This document shows positions 12,384-25,530 of a stretch of DNA of 64,000 nt, in pieces; position 1 is the first letter of the stretch; each line of letters begins with the position of its first letter. A model generated the notes under the pieces. The model saw nothing but the letters and a program-made list of their open reading frames with translations, was not told the origin of the DNA and ran no database searches. A program made the position numbers and the translations under genes. The stretch is from Amphiscolops sp. MND2022 (taxonomy: Eukaryota), in assembly GCA_964187785.1 (NCBI GenBank), contig OZ076411.1, forward strand, positions 42,098,001 through 42,162,000, written 5' to 3'.

Positions 12384-14481
12384 GAGAAAGTACGCCCGTA
12401 TGTTTTATCGATTAATGAAAACCATAGTCGTCATCACATACCCAGTGGACGACGAGTAAAATAGAGAGAGCACTAAGATACAAGTCCCTGTCTTCTTCAT
12501 ATTACTACAAAACTACCATCTACATACATACCTTTCATAAGTGCTTATGAATACATCTATGATGCACCTTCAACTTCATCAACTTTCCAGGTAACAATTC
12601 GAATTGATCATCAGAACACAGACATTCAATTCCACCGAAATCTAATTCACTGTGTTTTTTACTCCGTGAATTTTGCTTTTTAAAAAGCTTTTAGGTCATT
12701 TCAACCAATTTTGCAACCTCGGGCTTTTCCGGACAAAGAAGATCAATATTAAAATCAACCGAGCATCTGCAACGAAATTGATTCACAATTTTGACACCGG
12801 AAACATTCCTCTAATTCAATGAGAAGCTATGGCTAAGTAATAGAAAACCCCTAAAGGGCTTTTCCAGATGCCCACATTAATGGGACGTGGAAGCTAATGT
12901 CAATTGCTTGACTTTTCTAACCATTTTGTCACTCACTTCACGCTTGGTAAGTAGAAAACAGATTTCCTAAAACGTTCTTAGAAATTCATTTGAAGCGGTG
13001 TGTCAAAGACATTAATTAATGTAATGCGGCACAATTATTTTTTTCGCATTGTACAGAATTGTACAGAAAATACAGAATTGGGGAAAAAGCTGGAATGTGA
13101 TTGTTGTATTTGCTGGCTTTTAATCGACGCTCTATGCAATAAAACGCGCCTACTACAGTGGTTTTTCGCCGTTCCTTCAAATCATTCAAACAGTCCGCAT
13201 TTTCATTTTTGACATATCTATTCGGATTTCAAGTCAAATGTGGGTTAAGTTTCGGCACTGGGACTTGTTTTGGCAGATTTTCATTTCACCACAGTGTTTT
13301 TCTGACTATTTCAGTGGTAAACAGCACTTTTGGTGTATTTTTCTGCACTGTGAGTCCAGAAGTTGTTTTATGAAAACAGCCATTTAGCATTTTGAAAGTT
13401 GAAATAAAGCTTTTTTTTCAATCAAAAGCTTTGGTTTTTTTTGTATTTTGGGGAAAAGTCCTTTCAGGCCCAAAGGGTCCCTTTTTCGGCACTGAGATTC
13501 ATTTCAAATATTCCCCAAAGCTTTGAAGCAGTTTCCGCGTTTTGAGCCTCAAGCAGGTGCCGTTCGGCAGTTAGACAGTTCTTGGCTTTTTCACTTACGT
13601 TAATATTTTCGATAGCTCCTTGCGTTTTTATATGGGATTAAGGGATTGCTGGATGAATAAAATCGCAAAATTGGGCATATAAGATCCTTTCCTAAAACCA
13701 TAGTATAGCTTCAAACTGGGGCAGGCCCACTTGATGTTTCAAAAAGTCATTAAGGGACCATTACTGACATCTTTGGATGACTCGGCAGCTTGCAGTGCAT
13801 CGACACTTGAAAAATTTTCTCGACGGTCCCTTTCTTTGTTAAAAATTGGTTTTTCGACAATTTAGTACAATGTCAAAAACTTCGATCAGCGGCGAAAAAC
13901 CAAAACCGATAATACGATCTGAAAAACAATTAAAACTTCGAATGCAATATAAATTTAACAGAACGACTGCTTATTTCAGCCGCGGAATTAGCTTAGGAAC
14001 GAGATATTTTAAAGGCTTGAATGTAGCCAATGAACTACGAATTCATGAATGAAAGAAATTCGAAAAAACTGAAAAGTTTGAAATTTTTTGGTTCATTTCA
14101 ACCCTTTTTTAAAACACAAAGCTGCATATTTTTCATACGAGTGTATGCTAAGTGACTAATTGTTTTGTAGTTCAACTCTACGGACACGCATAATCAAAAG
14201 AACAACAAAAAATTGCATAAACTAATTGCATAGAATGGTCGAAAATTGAGAATGGCTTCTTAAGGCTCAACAATGATGAGTTGAGACAGATTTCAACCTG
14301 ATAACGCATCAATGCAGACCTGATAAACTAGCCACGATGTCATGATCCCCTAAAACGTACACCTTTGACATCTTTTAGCTAGATTTTTTGGAGAAAAACT
14401 GAAACTTGTCTCGACAGAAATTGGTTAAGTGAAGTAGCCATTTGATTTGTTTTCAAACTCTCTGGATACTTACACCCACAG

Positions 14482-15437
14482 AAACGTCTCAAGTCGGCGC
14501 TCCGCTAAAGTTCAAAAAACTAAATGTTTTTTAAATATGCAAAATGACACTATTGTTAAAATTTCAATTTTACAGGGCCAAAAAATAACCGAAGGGCCAT
14601 GAAACTCGAAAACTACCGTTTCCCCAACTGGAAACAAGCCGGGAACGGCCCAAGTCGGCGCCATATCTAAGGCTCAAAAAGACTCGAAAACCACTTTTTC
14701 TACAACTGGAGACAACAAAAGCTCTCAAAAAAACTAAAAATTGAGAAACAAAATTTCCGAATTTTTTTTTGAAATTTTTTTTCGAAGTTTCCGGTAAGTC
14801 GCATAATGCCGAAAAATGTAAAAGAGGGGACGCTTTTTATCTCATGTTAGACGCTTTGGATGCGTTGAAAATGAAGTACTAAGTACATATGGTAAAAGTT
14901 GGTAAATGTGCATTAATTGGATTAATGCACAAAAAGTGGACGTTACGCGTTGAACTGACGAAAAAAAACTAGCCACTGTAAGAGTCGGGATTTTCTTCGA
15001 AAACGCCGACTAAAAAACACATCTTGCTCAACCGAAAACCTCTCAAACTAAAAATTAAAAAAAATCGCAATTTTTCACAAAAATGTCTCCGGTAAGTAGC
15101 ATAATGCCAAAAAGCCCGAGGAGACCCTTTGGAGTTTTTCAATATCCATTCCGTTGCAAAATATCAAAGAAATGAAAGGGACCCTTTGGAGACATCAAAA
15201 TATTTTCGAAAAAAGTCTCACAAAGCCGAAAAAAGGGAAAATTTCATAGTGTCGAAAAAGTGGAATGGGGTGACCCTTCTGCTTTGGAATGGTTTTGTAT
15301 TTCATGTTAGAGGCTTTGGATGCATTCAAAATGAAGAACTAAGTACTAATGGTAAAGTGCACAGATCGCGTTGAACTGACGAAAACAAAAACTAGCCACA
15401 GTAAGAGTAAAGCCTTCTCTTCGAAAACGCCGACTAA
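14482..15437 (-). mobile_element. Nested HINE-A copies
   Basis: 3' ends at ~14482 and ~14632 (AAACAAGCCGGGAACGGCCCAAGTCGGCGC); 5' modules end at ~15018 and ~15437 (AACGCCGACTAAA). Confidence 0.75.
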
Positions 15438-16659
15438 ATACAAAAAACTGCATAAAATGTTCCAAAAAAGAAACTTATGACACTTCACGATTCTATCAAG
15501 GCATCTTCATAGTCAGCGCTTCAAGAAATGAAATGCGAATATTTTTGACTTTTGGTCGTGTTTTTTCCAAACTGGTCGAAGTGAACGCAAAAATCTAAAA
15601 TTGTACGAAAATTCTACAAATTGGCAAAGTGGTCGAAAGGGTTTCCCCATGCATATTTCACACACTCGAATTAACCTCGACAGTACACCAAGAAGTTGAA
15701 AAAGTGACAAAAAATAGCAAAAAAATTTTTCAAAGCCTAATTTCTCCACGAATAATAGCGACAGCTCAAATCGGTTTTCTGCTCCTGAAAGCCCTCTACC
15801 TAAGCTTTCAAATGGACACTAGTTAGGCTGGGAGTTGGCGCCACTTTTGCCGGGCCTTCCAAATGACACTCGAACTTTTCGCTGAAGCTTCATTAAAAAA
15901 ACTATATGCGGTTTCAATGGTGGCAAACTGTGTTACTAGAGAGTGACTAACTTAGCGAACAGTTGCTGTGTTATTGAGAAAAAGTTGATTTTCTGAAAAG
16001 TATTTTTTTGCGAATTTTCACTTTTTTCTAGTTACCTTTTTGCCGGTGGTTCGGAAAACAAACTATGTTGACAAAAATAACAACTCGCCCCAGGTAGTCC
16101 AATAGATTGATGATTAGAAAAACAAAACTTCGTTTTCCTAAAAGCTTTTTGCGTTTCGTAATTTTTTATTGATTGTGAAAAAAATCGCTATCCTCATTTG
16201 GGGACAAAAACACTGTCGAGGTTAAGAGACATTTGAGTGTTATTTTTGGAACATGGCGACTTTTTTTCGAAAAATAGTCAATTCCGGTTAATTCGTATCC
16301 GGATAATTCGGATTTTTGTTTCAATTCGTATGTAACAGACTTCCGTGTCGTGACCACCAAAATATATTCTTCCGGCCAACTCGTATTTTTCATTATTCGT
16401 ACTGTTTTATTCGGTCCCTAGCGATACGAAGTAGGCGGATTCAACTCTTCAATTTTCCAAAAATATGCCCTTGCGGGGCACAGTATTATTTCTGTTTAAG
16501 GATTTCATGTTCATTAATAGAAGCATGTCTGGAAAAACTAAACACTCCTGTTTAATCATTATATAGCGCACAATTATTCACTGTACCAGTTTACACCGCC
16601 TTCTTCTGGGACTAAAGAAAATAACTACCAAGCGTAGACGAAGTTTCGTATTCGCATTT

Positions 16660-16830
16660 GAATGCAGGCGAAGCTCTCGACGAACAAAAAATTACCACTC
16701 GTTCGCTTCATCTCAATAACTCGGTGTACGAAAGCATAATTACGAACATTTGCTCTCTTCATCTCAATGAATTCGGCGTACGAATGCATAATTCGCACTC
16801 GCTTGCTTCATTGCACGAGAATTAAATTCT
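16660..16830. repeat. Degenerate ~50-bp tandem repeat, about 3 units
   Basis: Recurring CTTCATCTCAAT..TCGG(T/C)GTACGAA..GCATAATT. Confidence 0.6.
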
Positions 16831-19800
16831 CGTCGGCAGCTTGAGAAATTTAAATTTCACGCTTATACTCACTGCCGAACAAAATATCTGAATTTTTTCA
16901 GTAGGTATGTGGAACTTCTGGGCAGAAAATAAAACAATGGTGCAATACTGGTGGCAGAGATCCCCGACAAACAGAATTGTTAACTACATGAAACTTCAAG
17001 AAACGTCTCTTTGACTCATTCAACTAATTTCAATATTTTTTGAGTTCTCATGCTTTTCAATTCAAATCATTGGGCTCTATGTGTCATTACTTTTTCACAG
17101 AACTGATCGTCAACAATCAACCTGAGAAAGTAGTTCTTTAAAATTTGAAAAAAACTTCGAAATTGAGCGTCAGAAATATGGGCGGATAATAAAGCGTAGA
17201 AAGAAAATGAGAAGGAACTCTAAACGCAAGCCAGGTAAAAACTAATGTACCATAGACATCGGGTCTTTTGCGCTACGGTTCCACATTAGAGAGAATATAA
17301 TACATTCCTTCCCATGTACTTACAGCAGTGTCTGAAGGTGCGGTCTGAAATAGGTCCGAAATTTGCAGTCGCAGTGTTTTAGGTCCACGTCATTTAATTC
17401 CTCCGCACGATGTTAGAGAGGAAACTATTCAAAAAGTACCGTTTCAAAAAGTACTTTCTGTTTACGTCACCAAGACGCGTGAATAAATAATTAAAGTTAT
17501 ATTACGAATGTGCTGCTTTTTCAAAGAAATACTTCTCGAGAACAATGTGATGTATTGACATGCACATCAAAGAACAAATGGAAAGCTTCAAAAGAATATT
17601 AGTCAGAAGGACGACGTTGTGGTGAATATATTAATAGGATAGCAACATTCATATAAAATTCATGAGATCATCAAAAGCTTTTCGGTAGCAACCAGAACGA
17701 TGGCTGTATAACAACTCCTAGCTCAAGTAATTACAAAAATTCGCCCTTTCCAGTCATTCATTACAACGAAGCAATATGTACTACAACCTAGCAAATATGA
17801 AAAGTTCCAAATCTTTCCTTTTCGAAACGCCAAACATTCTAAAAAAACAGCCAACAGACCGAAATTTCACTCAGAACCGCAACCATTTTGTAACGATGTA
17901 ACGACACCGAACAACGCGACTGAAAGTTTTTGATCAAATTTACTCACTAACGGTATGTTTTAAAGGACTCAGGGGATATCTGAATTGATGAATAAGGCAC
18001 GTTATTGCCCATTGAAGTATTTTGCAAAGACCCAAATGACATCGGATACACATCGAGTACTAGGAAAAAAGTTGAGCAGAAAATGTTAATGGCACTAATG
18101 AAGCAGAAAATCAATCGATATTTACAGAGTAAAATTGGGGGAAAACGTCAATAATTGTTGTTGGGAAGGTAAATGCAGTGCTAGCAACTGCAAAGTGGTC
18201 GTTATTAATGAATGACTTGTCTTTAATTTTGAGTTTGACGTCAATTATAAATTACTGGAATATAACTGCGTACAAATCCATTATACACTATTACAAGCAA
18301 GTATACCAAGTTCTTAACATTTTTTTTGTCCCGAGCAGTTTTCACTAACCTAATTTAAAGCAAACTTAAAGGTACCACACATTTTAATTTTATTTAGTCA
18401 TATGTAAGTCAGCACATGTAGTGCAGTTTGCGACTAGTTGGAAGCCCAGTGGCAGAAAGAACTGAAAATTGGAGCGATTTGAAACAGAAACATTTTTCTT
18501 TCCATTTTTTGTCTGATATGGTGTGCCAACAAAAGCATTGCCGCCCGTAATCCCCACTTTCCCGAGCTGAGGCAAGCACGTTCAATTTGAAAAAGAAAAG
18601 AGATCTGCTCTTGAATGTGTACCTGTCTCGAGAATGTTGCTTCCAACCCAACTTAAAGGTCGCTGGGCTTGATTTTGATGGCAGTAACTCTTAACTTCAA
18701 ATATATACACTTAGGTTATATATTCAATCACAGTGCTGGTCGAGGCAATAATTCCTAACTGCTAGATCCTGTACTCCAATAAAGCACAGTTTGTTACGGA
18801 GAATACTATGGCAAATAACATTGGCTGCTTTGCTTTTGTGGCGGCGGTTGTGAATTTTGAGGAACGGCGCAAAAAATTCCTTTTCACTTTCTCCGCTGCT
18901 TTTCAATGATGAAAGCGGCACAACTTCTCAATTTAATCTTTTACTCCCTTTTGTTATCAGTTGTTTCCAGGAGCACTGTTTCATAGGAGCTGTGCATCGG
19001 TGTCGTTGCTCTTGTTTGTTTTACACTGAATCAAAGAATTAAAATTAAACTAAAATAGTTAAAATTAGATATATTTCACAGCTACAGCAACCAACGCGTT
19101 CAAAGTCACGACAGGCGGTGGGGACCAACAACTAAGGATATTCTCAGTTCAAGACTGAAATGCCGTTTTTGCTTTTTTTCCAGCGCAGTCTTTCGCCAAC
19201 ACACTTTTCGGTTTCATTGCCGATTCTGATGATTCTTATTCCATCTTACCATCACCACTACAACATATAACAGCATTAGTGGCCGGCCAGGCTGTTCAAT
19301 CCACGTACTGCCCTCACTCACATTTCTTTCCATTTTAATGAATTAATTATCGATTAGACAAACAACGACTTCCATTATTTAAAATTTTCCATTCTTAGAT
19401 CAGAAAAATCCCGCCGCCGCAGCCTGTCAAATCTAAGTTTCCTGCCGCACAGTTTATAGTATTTACAACTCATTCCAGCACAAGTCTCGGCCAATTAGAT
19501 CAAATAATGTTGGCTATAAAGAGCTCTTTACTCAGATGAGGAAACATACGTAAGAAGGATTTCAATATTTCTCGTCATCTGAAACGTAAGTTCCAAAATA
19601 TTTACTACTGTTTCTCGAAAACAACAGGTTTGGCAAAAATCAGCGTAATGAAAAATAGTAATTGAATTTTACACGATGTTCGAAGCAGCGCATGATGACG
19701 TATAAGACTAGGGTAATTGATGATCTAAAACCTGTAACTAAATACAACGAAGTTCGCTTAAACCGGACGCCAAAAGAGCTCAAGAGTTTCAATTCGTTGC

Positions 19801-20794
19801 AACAAGACTGCATTTTTGAAAGGTAACCAAAAGCTCCCATTTTTACCAACTGAATTCGAGACCAACTTCGAAACGAACACTCGTAATGTTTACTTCCAAA
19901 TGTTTATTCCTTTAACCTTAACTTGACCACTGTGACGAATTTGGCCCATTTAGTTTCTGCAAATTCTAAAGGCACCACCTGATTGTATGGTAAAGAAAAC
20001 TCTTGAATAAGATTTTCAGACGATATTGCATAGCATTTGGCACCTGTTCACGGAATATTGACGTGATGTCTCCGAAATCCAGAAAATGGGACCAAAAAAT
20101 CAAAAAAAAATGAGTGCACATTTTCAGTTTTCTTTTGTTGCCCTTTTATCTCACTGGTGTCAACATTGGGTCAAAGCGGCCCCAGCATGTCTTGAAACAT
20201 GCTGAAATGCAATCAGAGACACGAGGCGTGCAAAGTCCGGAGCCAGTGCGGCGAAGCAGCCCACCCCAGCAGTTTAAAATTTGATTTGAAAGCCCTGATG
20301 CTCCTCTTTTGAACGCTCTATAAATCATTTGCCGGACTTGAATAGTTTAGGAGATATTGCGGTTTAAACTTTAAACACCCAATTTTTGGATGAATCCAGA
20401 ATTTTCCTGGTCAACTTAAGGTTAAGAACGATATGAGCTTATACTCATCAACCGCTTGATAGAGTTGTAATGTTTTGAATAGAGTTGCCGAGAACTCCAG
20501 CTTTCAGGAAAATGTTTCGAGATTTGTAAAAAAAATTGAATTGAAATTCAAGTTTGACAGAGAAACAAATATTCGGAGGTCACAACAATTTTTATGGCAG
20601 ACACGTTGACCAAAGATTTTGATTCTCTTCGAAAGAAGCTATTTTGAGACGTTTCCTCCAACAGTTGCTTGCGAGAACGCCAGCTGCTACTTCGTAAACT
20701 GAAGACACTATAACGACATTCGGGCTCGCGACTTTAAATCAATTTTCGTCAAAAAGTACATGCAAAAATCTTTTTAGTCGGTGCTTTCCAAAAG

Positions 20795-21205
20795 AAACAA
20801 GACGGGAACGTCTAAAGTCGGCGCTATATCTAAGGCTCGAAAAGCGCAAAGTTTTTAAAATTGTAAAAGGGGGGACCCTTTCGACTTTTTGAAAATCCAG
20901 TTTTTTGCAAAATATCAAAAAAATGAAGGGGGCCCTTTGGAGACATTTAAAAAATCGAAAAAATGTCGCACAGTGCCGAAAAAAATTCAAAGGGGGGACA
21001 CTGTAGTCCCGTCCGGTTTTGTATCTTACGTTAAAAAGGGAATAAATGAAATGGGGACCCTTTGCACTAACTTAGATGCGTTTCCGCATGCCGGTCCAGT
21101 ATTTCTGTAAAAAGTGTCCACTACGCATACATTCTGTGGTCTGACGAAAAAAAACTTGCCACTAATAGTCGGGCTCATTTTGTTAAAATGCGCCGACCAA
21201 AAAAC
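20795..21205 (-). mobile_element. HINE-A copy
   Basis: Runs from AAACAAGACGGGAACGTCTAAAGTCGGCGC to GCGCCGACCAAAAAA, with internal GGGGGACCCTT units. Confidence 0.8.
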
Positions 21206-21310
21206 CGGCTAAAGCAATGACTTTTTCGAAGACCAGCGAACTGGCAGATTTCCATAATCATGTCTATAAGCTACCACTTAGCTGTAACTCAGTAACATCT
21301 AACTGCCACT

Positions 21311-21390
21311 TGGCCTAGAGGTTAACGCGGATTTCCTGATGTCTAGGATGCAGGAGTTAGTGGGATCGAGTCTTGCACAAAACCATAATT
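21311..21390 (+). repeat. tRNA-derived SINE-like head
   Basis: A-box-like TGGCCTAGAGG (21311) and B-box-like GGATCGAGTCT (21363), followed by GCACAAAACCA as in the modules at ~212 and ~55385. No cloverleaf. Confidence 0.5.
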
Positions 21391-21470
21391 TTGTATGCTT
21401 GCGATAGTGGGAGACTGAAGGCATCCTCCTTTGAATTTTTTCAACGAATTTTTCCCGAAGTGCCGTTGAT

Positions 21471-21912
21471 TTTTAGTCGGCGCTTGAAGTGAAACGCGAC
21501 TATTCTACTGACTTTTCAATCCACACGAATTGACCAAAATAGTTCTACGAAATTTTAAGGTGTCAAATTGAATCATTTGGCCTAGCGAACTGAACCAAAA
21601 AGGCTTCTTTTTTTCCACGCGTAGCATACAATACCGGGCGAGACTAAAGGGTCCCCCTTTCAGTTTTTTTGGCATTGTGAGACTTTTTTTCGAAAAGTTT
21701 TCAAAGTCTCCGCAGGGTCCCCCTTCAACGTTTTTGATATTTTTCAACAGAATGGATGTTAAAAAAATCCGAAAGAGTCATTTTTAGCGCGCCAGTTCGG
21801 TCCAACTTTTGGGTTTTTCGGGTACTGTAGAAGAGAATACTTGGCACTTTGAAATCCTTTCGCTATTTTTCAGCCTAAGGTATGGTACCGACTTATGCCT
21901 TCCCGACTTGTT
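21471..21912 (+). mobile_element. HINE-A copy
   Basis: Runs from TTTTTAGTCGGCGC to a degenerate 3' end, CCGACTTATGCCTTCCCGACTTGTT. Confidence 0.75.
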
Positions 21913-21914
21913 AG

Positions 21915-22800
21915 GACAAACAAAGCCTTTTGCGAGCATAGAGCAATTTGAATTCCTATATTTAAATGAACATCACTGTGCATAGGCATATGCGGACAAC
22001 ATTTGGTATTATCGAACAATCCATACATTTCTTGAAAGGTACTCTCAATATAACCGAATCGGTTTGAAAGGACTGCCATTTCTTCTCTCTGATGTTGATA
22101 ACATCTCGGTATTTTATCAAATACTTCAGATTTCTTCTCAAGTGGAAAATTCAATCTGAAAAATGCTAAGATGTACAAGGGTTTTTGAATTTTATGCGGA
22201 GATAATCATTTTGGGACCTTTTATCCTGATATGCATCACAACAAAGAATCATTCCCGTCGTTTAGAAAATTTCTGATTATACAAGCACCGGTACAAATTT
22301 TTCTTTGGTGAATATTTTTTCAAACATCTTCCAATCAATAGATATAGATTTCGGATTTCATCAATTCGGATATTGGCTCGAAAAATAGTTCGTTTGAAAA
22401 ACGCTTCGGTAACCATAGGTAACCCTAGATCTGCCTTACCAATTTCAAAAGCTTCAACTTCATACAAACATCTTGTTGCAAAAATTATGAAACTTATTCC
22501 TTTTGATTGATAGAAAAACGCATAGCTAGTTTTCTCTCTTCGGCAGATACTCTTCGAAAGAAAAAAAGTTGAATGCTTGTCGACGGGAATTCTGACTGAC
22601 AGAATTATTTCGCCGACCTCTGGCAAAATTCAAATAAAAATCAAGTATAACGATCATTTCCAGAGTAATCGCTCCGGAGTAAATATTTCAATTCCAGGCA
22701 GTCTCAAAATTTTCAATAAGACGAATCCATTGTTTCAGTGGAATTATCGTAATTTCGTTTACGTCATAACAATGACGTTTTGGATTCACTCCTCTGAAAG
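21915..22800 (-). mobile_element. Possible decayed L1/Tx1-like non-LTR retrotransposon fragment (post-RT region)
   Basis: Broken frames give LRLPGIEIF, FARGRRNNS and EIGKADLGLP, loosely recalling the YLG, LxGR and GGLGLP motifs. Many stops. Confidence 0.3.
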
Positions 22801-22829
22801 CAATCAGAAACCTCTCTTAATCGTTAAGT

Positions 22830-25530
22830 TGCGCAGTGCTGAAACCCCAGAGGGAGGCTCTTTGGGCTCGAAAACTTCAAAGAGGAACTCTTTGGTGAAT
22901 TAAAAATCGAAAGAGTCGCAAAGTGTCGAAACAACCCGAAAAGTCTCGCCAAGCTTTGCAAAAATGGAAATTAGTTCTACGTGAGATTCGCGGACACACG
23001 CACTCCTGTCTCCAACCTATCTTTTTATGAAGTGGCGGGGACAACGAAGTTAATCAATTTACAGAATTTATAAAAGCTGTCAGTTCGAGTGGTCTTGAAA
23101 ACGGCACTACTGTAGTCTAAAGCGCCAACAGAACACGGCCTAGTGTAGTGTAAAACGCCTTCGAAATTTTTTTAACGAGGGTCTTCGGTAAGTCGCATAG
23201 TGCCGAAAACCCTAAGTCCTCCATGCTCGCAAAACGTTTCGTTTCTAGTGCAAATTGAGGGGGGCTTCGATAAAAAAAAGATGAAAAGGGCTGGACCTGA
23301 GAAAACTCTTTGCAGACATTTAAAAAGCTTCGAAAAAATCGAAAGGGTTTTGCTCTCGTCCCTTTATTCTCGTCCGGTTTTGCAAATGCACGAAAAAGTT
23401 TCTGGCTGAAGCCGGAAATTGAACCTGCGATCGCCAGGTTCCCTCAAACCAATTAACCTCTGAACCAAAAAGTGGTACATACAGGGTGAGCTGTGGTCTG
23501 ACAAACAAGCCGGGAACGGCATAAGTCGGCGCCATATCTAAGGCTCAAAAATAGCAAAAAGACTTCAAAGTGTCAAAGTATTCTCTTCTACAGTACCTGA
23601 AAAACCCAAAAAGTTGGACCGAAGTGGCGCGCCGGGGACCCTTTCGCATTTTTAACATCCATTGTTGCAAAACATCAGAAAATTGAACGGGACCAGGATG
23701 GCCAAACTTTTGAGCAGACCAATACGGACCTGAAGTTTTGATTACAACGGGGACCAAATACGGACCTCGACGCCACCTAATACGTACCTATACGGACTCA
23801 GAAAAACAAAGTTAACAGAAACTTTAAATTTAGAACGTTTAACATTAACGTTAAAGCTTAAATTTAAAATGGTAAAGGTACATCAGCAGCCTTAACAAGC
23901 TCGGCTTGCTTCGCTTCTAGCCTTTTGACCAACTCTCTTTCAACTCTTTATTGTTGGCATTTAGTTGATTTTGTGCTGCAAGAGTGGATTGACGTTTGAA
24001 AACGTGAATTTCTTCACGTTAGTCTTCAGTATAAGCCCGCTTTCGGGTGTTCTCCAATGCCTTTTCTTTTATCTCCAAATTGTATCGCAACACTGCCCTG
24101 GCCACTTCGTAATCCAACTCATTCGGAACTGATACATCGGCCAACTCGCTGGAATTCCAGAAGTCTTGGATTACACGGAGAGCATCGCAAGTCTCGGTAG
24201 TCATATTGCACTCATATACAGTTTCTATTGATTTCATACCAGAAAATCCAGACACTACAATGATGTTACTGCTACAGAGAAGTAATGCGATTTCAAAAAA
24301 TCCGCAAAGAGCATCAAACATATGTAAATTGCCGGACCGGAAGTGTTGTTCAAAAGATAATTTTTTCGAGTCATGCGCTAATGTGAATCTGAACGCAATT
24401 AACTCGTCCACAACATCAGATGAGGATAGTTTGAAGAACTAAGCAAATTTCTTAAGCTTCGACTCAGTGACATCGGTAAAATCAGTAATAGGAACATAGA
24501 AAATATAAGAATTTGCAGTGAGTGGACTTAGTAGAAAAGGTGCGAACCGTTCAAGGACACTCTTCAATTGGAACTCGTTATGCAAAGCCCATGTTTTGAT
24601 TATCGACATTTCGCCTTCTTTCGTAAGTCCGGGTAGTGCGCTCGCTCCTCACAACGGACGAGTTCGAATGAACAAGTGATGTTGCTTTGGTTACGAAGAT
24701 TCGGGGATCTTCATCCGAATATAATTTCTCAACATACTTCTTCGGCGTAAGGGCCACAGTAATTTCCATACGGGACAATAACTGAACAATAACCTGCAGA
24801 AGTAAAGATAATTGCTGATAAACACAAATCTCTGGGTCCACGATTGGGCTCCTTTCTCCACGGATATTGGCTTCGAAATAGCGCAAACATTGCACTTCAC
24901 GTGGAACAGACCACCAGGTATGTGCCTTGCCATCACCAGGTATGTGCCTTGCCCAAGTGAACTTTCCGAGGAACGTGTCGTTCACTTTGCACTTGCCCAT
25001 CACTCACTGAAATGAACAAATTGGTTAATTACCTCAGTCGAATTTTAATATGCGAAAAAAACTTCATTACTGGCTACACTTTCGAGCAACGAGTAGTTTG
25101 AGAAACTCAATATAATAGGTTTCTACCAGATCCGTATGAATACGGACTTGCGGAACAAATACGGACCAAATAGGGCCCAATACGGACCAAGTCCGTAAAT
25201 ACGGACCGATTTGGCCACCCTGAGGGGGACCCTTTGGGGAAAAAATTTTTGGAAAAAAGTCTCACAATGCCGAACAAAACTGAAAGGGGGACCCTTTAGT
25301 CTTGCCCGGTACTGCATGTTACGCGGAAAAACCTTTTTGGTTCAGTTGGCAAGGCCACATGATTCAATTTGGGACCGTAAAATTTCGTAGAACTTTAAGA
25401 ACTATTTTGGTCAGTTCGTGTGGATTAAAAAAAGTCACTATAATAGTCGCGTTTCACTTCATGAAGCGCCGACTAAAAAACCACTATAATAATCTGGCAT
25501 TTTCTCTTAGGAAAAGCGCAGACTAAAAAC
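22830..25530 (-). mobile_element. Nested HINE-A pair (inner copy ~23505-25480) carrying a hAT insertion
   Basis: The inner 3' end AAACAAGCCGGGAACGGC abuts GTGGTCTGAC of a headless body; two stacked 5' modules at ~25435-25530. Confidence 0.7.
23694..25222 (-). mobile_element. Internally deleted, decayed hAT DNA transposon (1.53 kb)
   Basis: TIRs CAGGATGGCCAAA / TTTGGCCACCCTG; 8-bp flanks AACGGGAC / AGGGGGAC (6/8 match); several subterminal ATACGGAC repeats at both ends; relic zinc finger (W..VKCNVC) and hAT dimerisation-like segment (FEIALLLCSSNIIVVSGFSGMK..ETCDAL). Confidence 0.82.

Noticed and set aside
24578-25003. 141-aa ORF as a host gene
   Set aside because: It lies inside hAT TIRs and changes frame at a 22-bp duplication; a transposase relic.
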